DNA from: Cyanobacteria bacterium P01_A01_bin.123 | Lineage (GTDB): Bacteria; Cyanobacteriota; Cyanobacteriia; Phormidesmidales; Phormidesmidaceae | DNA: 64,000 bases | Direction of reading: 5' to 3' | Assembly: GCA_039815185.1 (NCBI GenBank) | Contig: JBCBZT010000009.1 | Location: 96,001-160,000 of the forward strand | In this document: positions 55,914 through 64,000 of the stretch, in pieces | How positions within the stretch are numbered: position 1 is the stretch's first letter | Layout of the letters: each line of letters begins with the position of its first letter | Made by a program: the position numbers and the translations under genes | The notes under the pieces: model-generated | Seen by the model: only the letters and a program-made list of their open reading frames with translations | Databases searched by the model: none | What the model was told of the DNA's origin: nothing

Positions 55914-57970
55914 CGAGCTAAAAAGTTAGTCTCAATTGCATCTGCGGCTAGCGGTTGTGAAAACAAGAATCCTTGACCTAATTGACATCCAAGCTGTTGT
56001 AGCTGTTGCAGTTGTTGGGGGACTTCAATGCCTTCTGCGATCGCGGTCAACCCAAGTTGACTGCTCAAAGCGATAATGGTGCTCACAACTTGGTGGTTTC
56101 GAGTTTTGGCCTGCATTTGCCCGACAAAAGATCGATCGATTTTCAAGTTGTGGACGGGTAAGCGGTGAAGATAATTGAGGGATGAATATCCCGTGCCAAA
56201 ATCATCAATGCTAATCTGAATACCTTTTGGTGCCAATTGAATCAATAAATCGATTGTCTGATCGATATCCTCAATCAACATGCTTTCAGTAATTTCTAAG
56301 GTAATTAGATTTCCTGCCAATTGGGTCTCAACCAATATCCGGTTGATTTCTTCAACCAAATTGATATTTCGGAGATCTTGAGCAGAAAGATTGACGCTAA
56401 TTTTGAGCGGGTTTTGGTTTGGAAACTGATTTTGCCAACTGAGCATTTGTTGACATGCTCGGGAAAGAACCCAGTTGTCGAGGGCCATAATTAAGTTGGC
56501 TTCTTCGGCAACTGAGACGAATTCTCCAGGTAAAATTAGCCCCCGAGTTGGGTGTTGCCACCGTACCAAAGCCTCAAAACCAATGAGTTGATTCTTAGCT
56601 AAGTCAAAAATCGGTTGATAATGGACGATAAACTCTTCTTGATCGAACGCTCTTCTTAAATCTGTCTCTAAGGTAAGTCGTTGAAGCGCTTGGGCATGCA
56701 TTTCCGCTCCAAAAAATTTGTATGAGTTATGTGCTTTCGCCTTGGCTTGATACATCGCAATATCGGCATCACGGATTAAATCAGAAGCCTGTTGGTACTC
56801 CTTGCTGCCCATGACAATGCCAATGCTGAGACTCGTGAATATTTTATGATTACTGATGATCAAGGGTGTTTTAGAACCTGCCAAGATCCGTTCAGAAATC
56901 TGAATGACTTCTTCTGTGCTGCTAATATCTTCGAGCAAAATGACAAATTCATCACCGCCCAGCCGAGCGACTAAATCAATGTTGCGCAGATGGGTTTGTA
57001 GCCGTTGCGCGATCGCGATCAACAGCTGATCACCAATCAGGTGTCCTAAGCTATCATTGACGACTTTAAATCGATCTAGATCTAGAAATAGAACTGCATA
57101 GCGGTAGTTTCCAAAGCGCTGCACACGACGAATTGCCAGTTCAAGCCGTTCTTTTAACAGGGTTCGATTCGGTAACCCCGTTAATGGATCGTGAAGTGCA
57201 TTATAAATAATCTTGTTTTGAGCCTGTTTGAGGTCGCTAATATCCCGACAAACGCAAATTAATAATCCATCTTCTAAAAGGGTTAGCGACACGCCTTGGG
57301 GAAAGGTAGATCCATCCTTGCGCTGCGCGATCGCTTCGCCTTGCCAAGCGCGATCGCGTTCTAGCGCAGGTAAAACGTCTCGCTCAAATCGATCGACCTC
57401 TGCTGGGGAATACAAAACCCGCCAAGTCTTGCCTAAAATGTCTTCAGAGCAGTCATAGCCAAACAGCCTGAGATGGGACTGATTGGCATAGAGATAGGTC
57501 TCGTCCTGCAAAATCCCAATCCCGTCAATGGCGGCCTCGATGGCAGCTTGTTGTCGTCTTAGCAAGACTTCAGCTCGCTTGCGTTCTAAGCGAACTTGAG
57601 CATCCCGTACTTCCCGCCGCACAGCCTCTGGCAACCGGGTTAGGTTATCCTTCATGAGATAATCATGGGCTCCTGCCTTCATCATCTCTACGGCCAAGCG
57701 CTCACCAATAGTGCCTGAGACTACGATGAAGGGAATGTCGAACTGGCTTTGTTGAACCAGTCTCAGCGCCGCCGGAGCATCAAAGCTAGGGAGGCGATAG
57801 TCTGAAACAATGACATCCCAAAGCTGGGTTGTGAGTAAAGCCTGTAGTGATTCAGCCGTTTGCACCCGTTCCCAAGTGACGGTAAAGCCATCCCGGCGCA
57901 GTTCCCGAAGCAGCAGCAACGCGTCATCTTCTGAATCTTCGATGATCAGAACCTTAAGCACTTCGCCCAT
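55910..57970 (-). CDS. REC-PAS-GGDEF-EAL c-di-GMP enzyme
   Basis: IIEDSEDD...VSDY receiver; RNID I-site plus LGGDEF; FEALVRW; DDFGTGYSSL. Confidence 0.94.
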   Translation of the reverse strand: MGEVLKVLIIEDSEDDALLLLRELRRDGFTVTWERVQTAESLQALLTTQLWDVIVSDYRLPSFDAPAALRLVQQSQFDIPFIVVSGTIGERLAVEMMKAGAHDYLMKDNLTRLPEAVRREVRDAQVRLERKRAEVLLRRQQAAIEAAIDGIGILQDETYLYANQSHLRLFGYDCSEDILGKTWRVLYSPAEVDRFERDVLPALERDRAWQGEAIAQRKDGSTFPQGVSLTLLEDGLLICVCRDISDLKQAQNKIIYNALHDPLTGLPNRTLLKERLELAIRRVQRFGNYRYAVLFLDLDRFKVVNDSLGHLIGDQLLIAIAQRLQTHLRNIDLVARLGGDEFVILLEDISSTEEVIQISERILAGSKTPLIISNHKIFTSLSIGIVMGSKEYQQASDLIRDADIAMYQAKAKAHNSYKFFGAEMHAQALQRLTLETDLRRAFDQEEFIVHYQPIFDLAKNQLIGFEALVRWQHPTRGLILPGEFVSVAEEANLIMALDNWVLSRACQQMLSWQNQFPNQNPLKISVNLSAQDLRNINLVEEINRILVETQLAGNLITLEITESMLIEDIDQTIDLLIQLAPKGIQISIDDFGTGYSSLNYLHRLPVHNLKIDRSFVGQMQAKTRNHQVVSTIIALSSQLGLTAIAEGIEVPQQLQQLQQLGCQLGQGFLFSQPLAADAIETNFLAR

Positions 57971-57972
57971 GA

Positions 57973-58395
57973 TTACAGCTCTTCTGGCAGTGGTTCATTA
58001 ATGAGCACCCAATACAACCCTAATTGGGTAACAGCATGGGTAAATTGGTCAAAATCAACGGGTTTTCGCACATAACTATTAGCCCCCGAACTATAGCTTT
58101 CAATAATGTCACGCTCCTCGCTAGAAGATGTCAGCACAACTACGGGTAGCAGTCGTGTTTGGGGATTGGCTCTAATGCGTTGCAAGACTTCTAGACCATC
58201 AATCTTGGGTAGTTTGATATCCAACAACACCACACTCGGTAACGGATCCGCTGCAAATAGGACTGCCAGGGCTTCTTCGCCGTCACGGGCAACCTGAATG
58301 GGGTTGGTCAACTTGGCCCGTTTCAAAGCCCGAATAGTTAACCGTTCATCGTCGGGATTATCTTCAACTAGCAAGATTGGACGAGGAGATGCCAT
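57973..58395 (-). CDS. Single-domain response regulator (Rcp1-like)
   Basis: [32 protein letters not shown]. Confidence 0.93.
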   Translation of the reverse strand: MASPRPILLVEDNPDDERLTIRALKRAKLTNPIQVARDGEEALAVLFAADPLPSVVLLDIKLPKIDGLEVLQRIRANPQTRLLPVVVLTSSSEERDIIESYSSGANSYVRKPVDFDQFTHAVTQLGLYWVLINEPLPEEL

Positions 58396-58398
58396 GAC

Positions 58399-61300
58399 CT
58401 ATGCTCCTATTTTGCCGAACGTATATTGAGGAAGCGTGAAATAAAAGGTCGCCCCCTGCTCGACAACACCCTCTGCCCAAACCCTGCCCCCGTGACGATG
58501 AATGGCCCGTTGAACAGTTGCTAGGCCAATTCCTGTGCCTGGGAATTCGTGGATCCCGTGGAGTCTTTGGAAGACGCCAAAGAGCATTTTGGCATAGGCC
58601 ATATCAAAGCCTGCGCCGTCGTCTCGGACAAAGTAAGTGGATTGTCCGCCTTGATGAACCATGCCGAATTCAATGCGGGCTGTTGGGTGATGGCTGGTAA
58701 ATTTCCAGGCGTTTTGCAGCAGGTTAGTCATCATTACCCGCATCAGCGTCGCATCAGCCCAAACGGTTGCTTCTGGAGCAATAACAACATCAACGTGCCG
58801 CTCCGGTGACAAGGTTTGTAGTTCAGCCACTAGCTCATGGACTAAAGCCGTTAGGTCAACTTTGATATATCGAATTTCAGACCGAGACACCCGAGATAGG
58901 TTCAGCAGATCATCGATCAACATGCCCATCCGAGTCACGTTTTTGCGAATCCGATCGAAGTAATCTTGACCTTCTTCGTCAAAGGTTTCGCCATAGTCTT
59001 CGAGTAGGGCCTTGCTAAATCCGTCAATGGCGCGTAGCGGTGCTCGCAAATCATGGGAAACCGAGTAGGCAAAGGCTTCCAATTCTCGATTAGATGCCTC
59101 TAACTGGGCGGCGTACTGCTGAATTTGCGCTTCGGCTTGTTTGCGACTGGTAATGTCTGTGTGGGTGCCAATCACCCGTAGTGGCTGCCCTTCTGCGGCC
59201 CATTCGATCACTTGACCCCGATCAAGAATCCATTTATAGCTGCCATCTTTGCAGCGCAGGCGATGTTCGTTCTGGTAGATGATGGTTTCGCCCCTAAAGT
59301 GTTGATAGGTGTCGGCGTAGGCTTGAGCTTTATCGTCAGGATGGATGCGGCTGTCCCATTCGAATAAGCTATCGCCGATTTCATCTTCGGCATAACCCAG
59401 CATGGCTTTCCATTGTCGAGAGTAGAAAAGGGTGTTTGTCTGTAAGTTCCAGTCCCAAACGCCATCGCCCGAACCTTCTAGGGCAAATTGCCAACGGGCT
59501 TCGCTCTCTCGCAGGGCAGCTTCAGCTTCTTTTAGGTCGGTAATGTCACGACCCACTGCCTGGAATTCAATGAAATTACCACCGGGGTCAAACAGGGCGC
59601 GATCGCTCCACTGCTGCCAGCGAATCTTACCGTCGGGTGCAATGACTCGGTGCTCACAGGTGGCGACCGGATTATTCACAGACAGGCTACGGAAGGTTTG
59701 GAGTGGGATATCTTGATCTTCGTTGGGAATCAGCGGGGTAAAACTTTGACCTAGAAGGTCTTCGGGTGTCTTCTGGAAAAACTGGCAGTAGGCATCGTTA
59801 ACAAAGGTCAGGGTGCCGTTGGGCAAAAAGCGACAAATCAGTTCTGTTTGATCGGCAATGATGCCCTGATAGTAAGCGCGGCTGGCCTCAAGCGCGATTT
59901 CAGTTTCCTTATGCTGGCTGATATCAATGTGACATCCAACCATCCGTAGCGGATTACCGGCCTGATCCCATTCAATTACCTGCCCCGAACACAGCACCCA
60001 CACGGTTGAACTATCCTTGTGGCGATAGCGAACTTCGCTGGCGAAGGGAACTTTACCCCGACTTTGGACATGGCGGTTGAAACAGTCGAGTACCTTGGGT
60101 AAATCTTCTGGAAAGATCAGGTTTTGCCAACTATCAGGGGTATTAGGGAGTTCGTGGTCCTCGTAGCCGAACATCCGTTTAAAGCCAGGACTGAGGTACT
60201 CCGAATGATTGGGGATGTCCCAATCCCAATATCCGGCCAGCACATTGTCTAAAACCTGTTCGAGTAGGGTTAATTCTTGACGAATTTGTTCCGCCCGCGA
60301 TCGCTCGATTTCAGCTCGATTGCGTTCGGCTTCTAGTCGTTTGCGTTCGCTGATATCGCGGATCATAAAGAGGACTTCATCGTCGCTGCTTTTGATGATT
60401 CTGACTTCTTCATCTTGGATACGATCGCCGATTTGCAGTTGTTGTTCGTAAACTTGCAGCTCATTCGTCTGCAAGGCTTGCTGCACATATCGAAACTGTT
60501 CTTCGGCAAGCGCTTTGGGCAACACGTCAGCTAACGATTGACCTGGCAAATCATTTGCTTTGGGCACCGCCGCAGAGTCTCGATAGGGGCCCACAAATCC
60601 CCGATAGATGCCATCTGCACCCACACGAAACATCAGGTCAGGAATTGTCGCTAGGATCGCCTGACTTTGGGCTTCACTGTCCCGTAGCTCCAGTTCTGTT
60701 TGTCGATGCTGGGTGACATCAGCCGCCATTGAAATTACTGCCCGACGCCCGTCAGGTAGCAGACCTAATGGGGCAGAGCTAAACTGCCAGATCCGCTGTT
60801 CACCGTTTCGAGTCGTGATCATAAATTCCCCCTCATCCCAGCGAGATTTGAGGGCGTACTGCTTGGCCATGATGGTTTCGAGTACGCTAGCTGCGCGTTC
60901 ACCATAGGCCTGTTGTGTCCAATCTTGGAGGGTGGGAATATCCGAATGGGTATAGCCCGTTAGTTCAGTCCAAGTGCTGTTGATTTGCAACACTTCACCG
61001 TCTTCAGCATGGATCATAATCGGCAGCGGCGCGTTGGCGATCGCCTGCCGGAAGCGCTGTTCACTTTCAAGCAAACGGTTTTCAGCTTGTTTGCGATCGC
61101 TGATATCTCGCACTAGGGTGAGCACCTCGTCGTCGCCGTAGGGCACTATCCGGACTTCTTCAATCTGGATGCTGCCGTCTACAGAGAGGTCTTGTTCACA
61201 GATCTCGATGGTGTTGGTTTGCAAGGCTCGTTGAATTGTGGCTACGCGCTGTCGGGCAACCGCCGGGGGCAGGCTTTTAGATATGTGGACGCCGACAAAA

Positions 61301-62298
61301 TCTGCGGGGCTACCGCCTACGAGCGGAAAGTTGGGGGCAGAGATAAATTCTAGGCAAACACCTTCTCGGTTGACGCGGGTGATCAGGTCAGGGATGGCCC
61401 TAATTAAAGCCTGCTGATGGGCTTCGCTTTGTTGGAGAGCGGCTTCTGATCGTTTACGATCGCTGATGTCAGTGATCGTTCCGATGTAACCGGTAATTTG
61501 CCCCTCAGCGTTGCGTTCGGCAACGGACTGCGTGTAGACCCACCGCACCCCACCGTCAGAATGTTGAAACCGATATTCAAGTTGGAAGGGAGTATTCTCG
61601 CTAACCGATGCTTTCCATGCTGCGATCACTCGGAGACGATCATCAGGATGAATCGCGCTTTGCCACTGATTTCCCAAGGCAACTTCTGGTGGGAAACCGC
61701 AAATCTGACAGCAGCGGTCGTTGATATAGACACAGTTGCCTGCTGGGTCGTGGCGAAAAATTCCCACCGGGATTGCTGCCAAGGAGAGATTGCTGGGTTC
61801 ATTAGGTGTTATCTGGTTCCAGCGTTCTGCAGCATTGCACACGGAAAGCAAACTATCCTGCGTGACCAGACCCGCTAAGCCGTCTTGATCGTCCAAGATG
61901 GGCAAATGGTGAACGTGGTGGCTTTGCAGTAAACCAATGGCTGCAAATAGATCGATGAAGGCTGACTCCCTTAGCGTGGTCACATTTCGGCTCATGACCT
62001 GTCGCATAATCAGGGGAGTTTCCCCCGACGACGCGGGCGAGATCAAGCGCCGTTGCTGGGCAACTAGGCATACAACATCTTGGGCCGTCAAAATGCCAGT
62101 CAATCGGTTGCCCTCGACCACCAGCACGCAGCTCGAACGCGTGTCTAGGGGGGCTTCATTTCCTGGCCCGGCTGATTGCCCGTTAGCCATTAGCGCGATC
62201 GCCTCCATGACGGGGGTTTCTGGCGAAACGACTAGGGGATTGCGAACAATCGCAGCGGTTAGCGTAGGCGAGGTGACATGTGCGGCGTGAGTGGACAT
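58399..62298 (-). CDS. CBS-pair / multi-PAS sensor histidine kinase
   Basis: N-terminal CBS pair, about 7 PAS/PAC, H-box FAYSVSHDLRAPL, NAWKF, DDGAGF, GTGIGLA. Confidence 0.93.
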   Translation of the reverse strand: MSTHAAHVTSPTLTAAIVRNPLVVSPETPVMEAIALMANGQSAGPGNEAPLDTRSSCVLVVEGNRLTGILTAQDVVCLVAQQRRLISPASSGETPLIMRQVMSRNVTTLRESAFIDLFAAIGLLQSHHVHHLPILDDQDGLAGLVTQDSLLSVCNAAERWNQITPNEPSNLSLAAIPVGIFRHDPAGNCVYINDRCCQICGFPPEVALGNQWQSAIHPDDRLRVIAAWKASVSENTPFQLEYRFQHSDGGVRWVYTQSVAERNAEGQITGYIGTITDISDRKRSEAALQQSEAHQQALIRAIPDLITRVNREGVCLEFISAPNFPLVGGSPADFVGVHISKSLPPAVARQRVATIQRALQTNTIEICEQDLSVDGSIQIEEVRIVPYGDDEVLTLVRDISDRKQAENRLLESEQRFRQAIANAPLPIMIHAEDGEVLQINSTWTELTGYTHSDIPTLQDWTQQAYGERAASVLETIMAKQYALKSRWDEGEFMITTRNGEQRIWQFSSAPLGLLPDGRRAVISMAADVTQHRQTELELRDSEAQSQAILATIPDLMFRVGADGIYRGFVGPYRDSAAVPKANDLPGQSLADVLPKALAEEQFRYVQQALQTNELQVYEQQLQIGDRIQDEEVRIIKSSDDEVLFMIRDISERKRLEAERNRAEIERSRAEQIRQELTLLEQVLDNVLAGYWDWDIPNHSEYLSPGFKRMFGYEDHELPNTPDSWQNLIFPEDLPKVLDCFNRHVQSRGKVPFASEVRYRHKDSSTVWVLCSGQVIEWDQAGNPLRMVGCHIDISQHKETEIALEASRAYYQGIIADQTELICRFLPNGTLTFVNDAYCQFFQKTPEDLLGQSFTPLIPNEDQDIPLQTFRSLSVNNPVATCEHRVIAPDGKIRWQQWSDRALFDPGGNFIEFQAVGRDITDLKEAEAALRESEARWQFALEGSGDGVWDWNLQTNTLFYSRQWKAMLGYAEDEIGDSLFEWDSRIHPDDKAQAYADTYQHFRGETIIYQNEHRLRCKDGSYKWILDRGQVIEWAAEGQPLRVIGTHTDITSRKQAEAQIQQYAAQLEASNRELEAFAYSVSHDLRAPLRAIDGFSKALLEDYGETFDEEGQDYFDRIRKNVTRMGMLIDDLLNLSRVSRSEIRYIKVDLTALVHELVAELQTLSPERHVDVVIAPEATVWADATLMRVMMTNLLQNAWKFTSHHPTARIEFGMVHQGGQSTYFVRDDGAGFDMAYAKMLFGVFQRLHGIHEFPGTGIGLATVQRAIHRHGGRVWAEGVVEQGATFYFTLPQYTFGKIGA

Positions 62299-62456
62299 GG
62301 ATTTCTAGTTTTAGAAACTGGAAAGTCTACTGAACCGAGTTGACAAGCTGATACAGGATCAAACTAATTTTTTCTGAAGCAATGCCCGTTTTGAGGCAAT
62401 GCATACTTTTTCTTCAAGATAAAAACTTAAGTCTTCGAATCTATCGAGTTGGTGCC

Positions 62457-64000
62457 TCAATCTACAGCATCAACAACTTGAGCTGTGGAGGTCTCAGGAT
62501 CACGCCAAAATGTCAGCCGATCGCTGATCGGTTGCAGCACGGTACCGGGATAGTAAAACTGCAAAATGCGATCGCTGGGCCAGCCTAATTCCCCCAAATG
62601 GTAGGTTCCGGTTTGGCTCATGCCGACGCCGTGTCCCCAACCCCCACCGACAAAGGCATAGCCCTTGAGAACAGGTTCAGGTGCTGTTTCCCCGTCAACG
62701 ACTGGCGGAGCTGCTTCATACGTTGGGTCTAGATAGAACAGCAGGCTTTTGGGGCCATAGAGGGCACGGATAATTTCGTCTTTTTCAAGTTCGACAGTAC
62801 CCAAATCGGTTTGGATGGCCAATCGCTGGACGCGACCGCCTGGTGCTCGCTCAATCACCTGAAGCTGTCCCATGTAGGTAAATCCGGCGAGGGGATGCTG
62901 ACGGTTGTTGAGATATTCTTTGAGTTCACGACTAATCTCGGCTAGAGTACTCTCTCGCCGCCAGCGAAACAGCTCCCAATCTTCTTCGTTAAATCCGGTT
63001 TCTAGGGCCAAAAACGCCCGTAGGTTTTGTTCATCAGATAGGGGGTATTGGTTCAAATCCCAAGCGTTTTGTACCGAGTCAACCACCGAACGCAAATAGG
63101 GTCGATCGGGGCCATTCCAGACGTCGCTAAAGCGGGCCGTAACCCCCCCGGTTGTTGATGAATACAGGGCATCCACTAATTCGTCTTCATAGGTCAATAC
63201 CTGGCCTCGCGTTGCCGCGATCGCCTGATCGGCAACTGTGGCCGTACCGCCTAACCCCCAATACACCTGACACTGAGTATCGGCACACAGTTCGTAGTCA
63301 TCGATTGTAAAGCGGCGCAGGTTGCGCAGGGCATAGGTACGGGCCAAAATCGCCTGGGCTTCAATTGCGGTGCGGGGAGCACTGGGGCCGATCTCATGGG
63401 GTACAACCCCCCGCAAATAGGTTTCAATCGGCACGTCGTTGACCAGGGTGTAGGTGCCGTAGGCATTGGGTTGGAGTTGCAAGGTGCCGCCGTAAAGCTT
63501 GCGATCGCGCTGTCTTGCCCCGGCAATCACCCGAATCCGTTGATTGGCGCTGTTAATCTCGATGCGATCGCGGTTGTAGCGATAGCCATTGGCCACAAAC
63601 GAAGCCTTCGGGACTGCATCCAGCACATGGGTATCGAGATAAACCCGGTTTAACCCCTGGCCGCGCAAATTTCGCAACAAGAGACGACGCAAGAGGGGCG
63701 TGCTGTATACCTCGCGCTTGGCCCAAACTTCCCAACCGTCAGGCTGGGCAATTTCGGTTTCAATGCCGCGATCGCGCCACTGGTTAGCACTGTCTTCAGC
63801 ACTTTCAAAACTGCGGTGGGTGCTCAACACCAGCTGTTCTTGGAGGGCAGGTTTAGCCAAGGGCACCGTTACCATATCTAAGGTTAGTCGATTGGTGGCA
63901 ACTGCCTCAGCTTGTCCGTTGGTTTCAAAACTGACCGTCAAGCGATCGCCTGTCAGCGGCTCGATCACCAGCGTGTCGGTCGCCTCCTCACCAAAGCGCT
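62457..64000 (-). CDS. SpoIID/LytB domain protein (5' end outside window)
   Basis: ETYLRGVVPHEI, AQAILARTYA, CQVY, GGGWGHGVGMSQ.G, ILQFYYPG. Confidence 0.92.
   Translation of the reverse strand, partial: RFGEEATDTLVIEPLTGDRLTVSFETNGQAEAVATNRLTLDMVTVPLAKPALQEQLVLSTHRSFESAEDSANQWRDRGIETEIAQPDGWEVWAKREVYSTPLLRRLLLRNLRGQGLNRVYLDTHVLDAVPKASFVANGYRYNRDRIEINSANQRIRVIAGARQRDRKLYGGTLQLQPNAYGTYTLVNDVPIETYLRGVVPHEIGPSAPRTAIEAQAILARTYALRNLRRFTIDDYELCADTQCQVYWGLGGTATVADQAIAATRGQVLTYEDELVDALYSSTTGGVTARFSDVWNGPDRPYLRSVVDSVQNAWDLNQYPLSDEQNLRAFLALETGFNEEDWELFRWRRESTLAEISRELKEYLNNRQHPLAGFTYMGQLQVIERAPGGRVQRLAIQTDLGTVELEKDEIIRALYGPKSLLFYLDPTYEAAPPVVDGETAPEPVLKGYAFVGGGWGHGVGMSQTGTYHLGELGWPSDRILQFYYPGTVLQPISDRLTFWRDPETSTAQVVDAVD

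Overview
Chromosomal window from a cyanobacterium. HIP1 octamers (GCGATCGC) occur throughout, together with a PSII S4-domain gene, ccsA, class II fbaA, sigA, lexA and a Mg-chelatase H subunit; a filamentous non-heterocystous type is my inference. Most of the window is housekeeping and signalling genes plus tRNA-Lys(UUU). An accessory block at about 9.5-25.8 kb encodes secreted repeat proteins: TPR-CHAT, a CHAT-less TPR paralog, a truncated CHAT protein and three capped LRR solenoids. Best leads: (1) a promoter-to-terminator, ~630-nt structured RNA candidate with a tRNA-like T-arm near its 3' end, transcribed divergently from a TrcR/All0854-like repressor, with candidate operator palindromes overlapping both promoters; (2) a GGAAT-N15-TGAA motif with identical spacing upstream of four secreted LRR/TPR genes, suggesting an alternative-sigma regulon; (3) the 5' part of a probable guanidine-I riboswitch at the left edge; (4) three in-frame repeat or palindrome insertions in the Mg-chelatase gene; (5) several gene relics (Uma2, two DUF4058, a GT7-like fragment, a frameshifted Imm32-like gene). 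No CRISPR array, transposase, integrase or rRNA was seen. All family assignments come from motif recognition by eye, not database searches.
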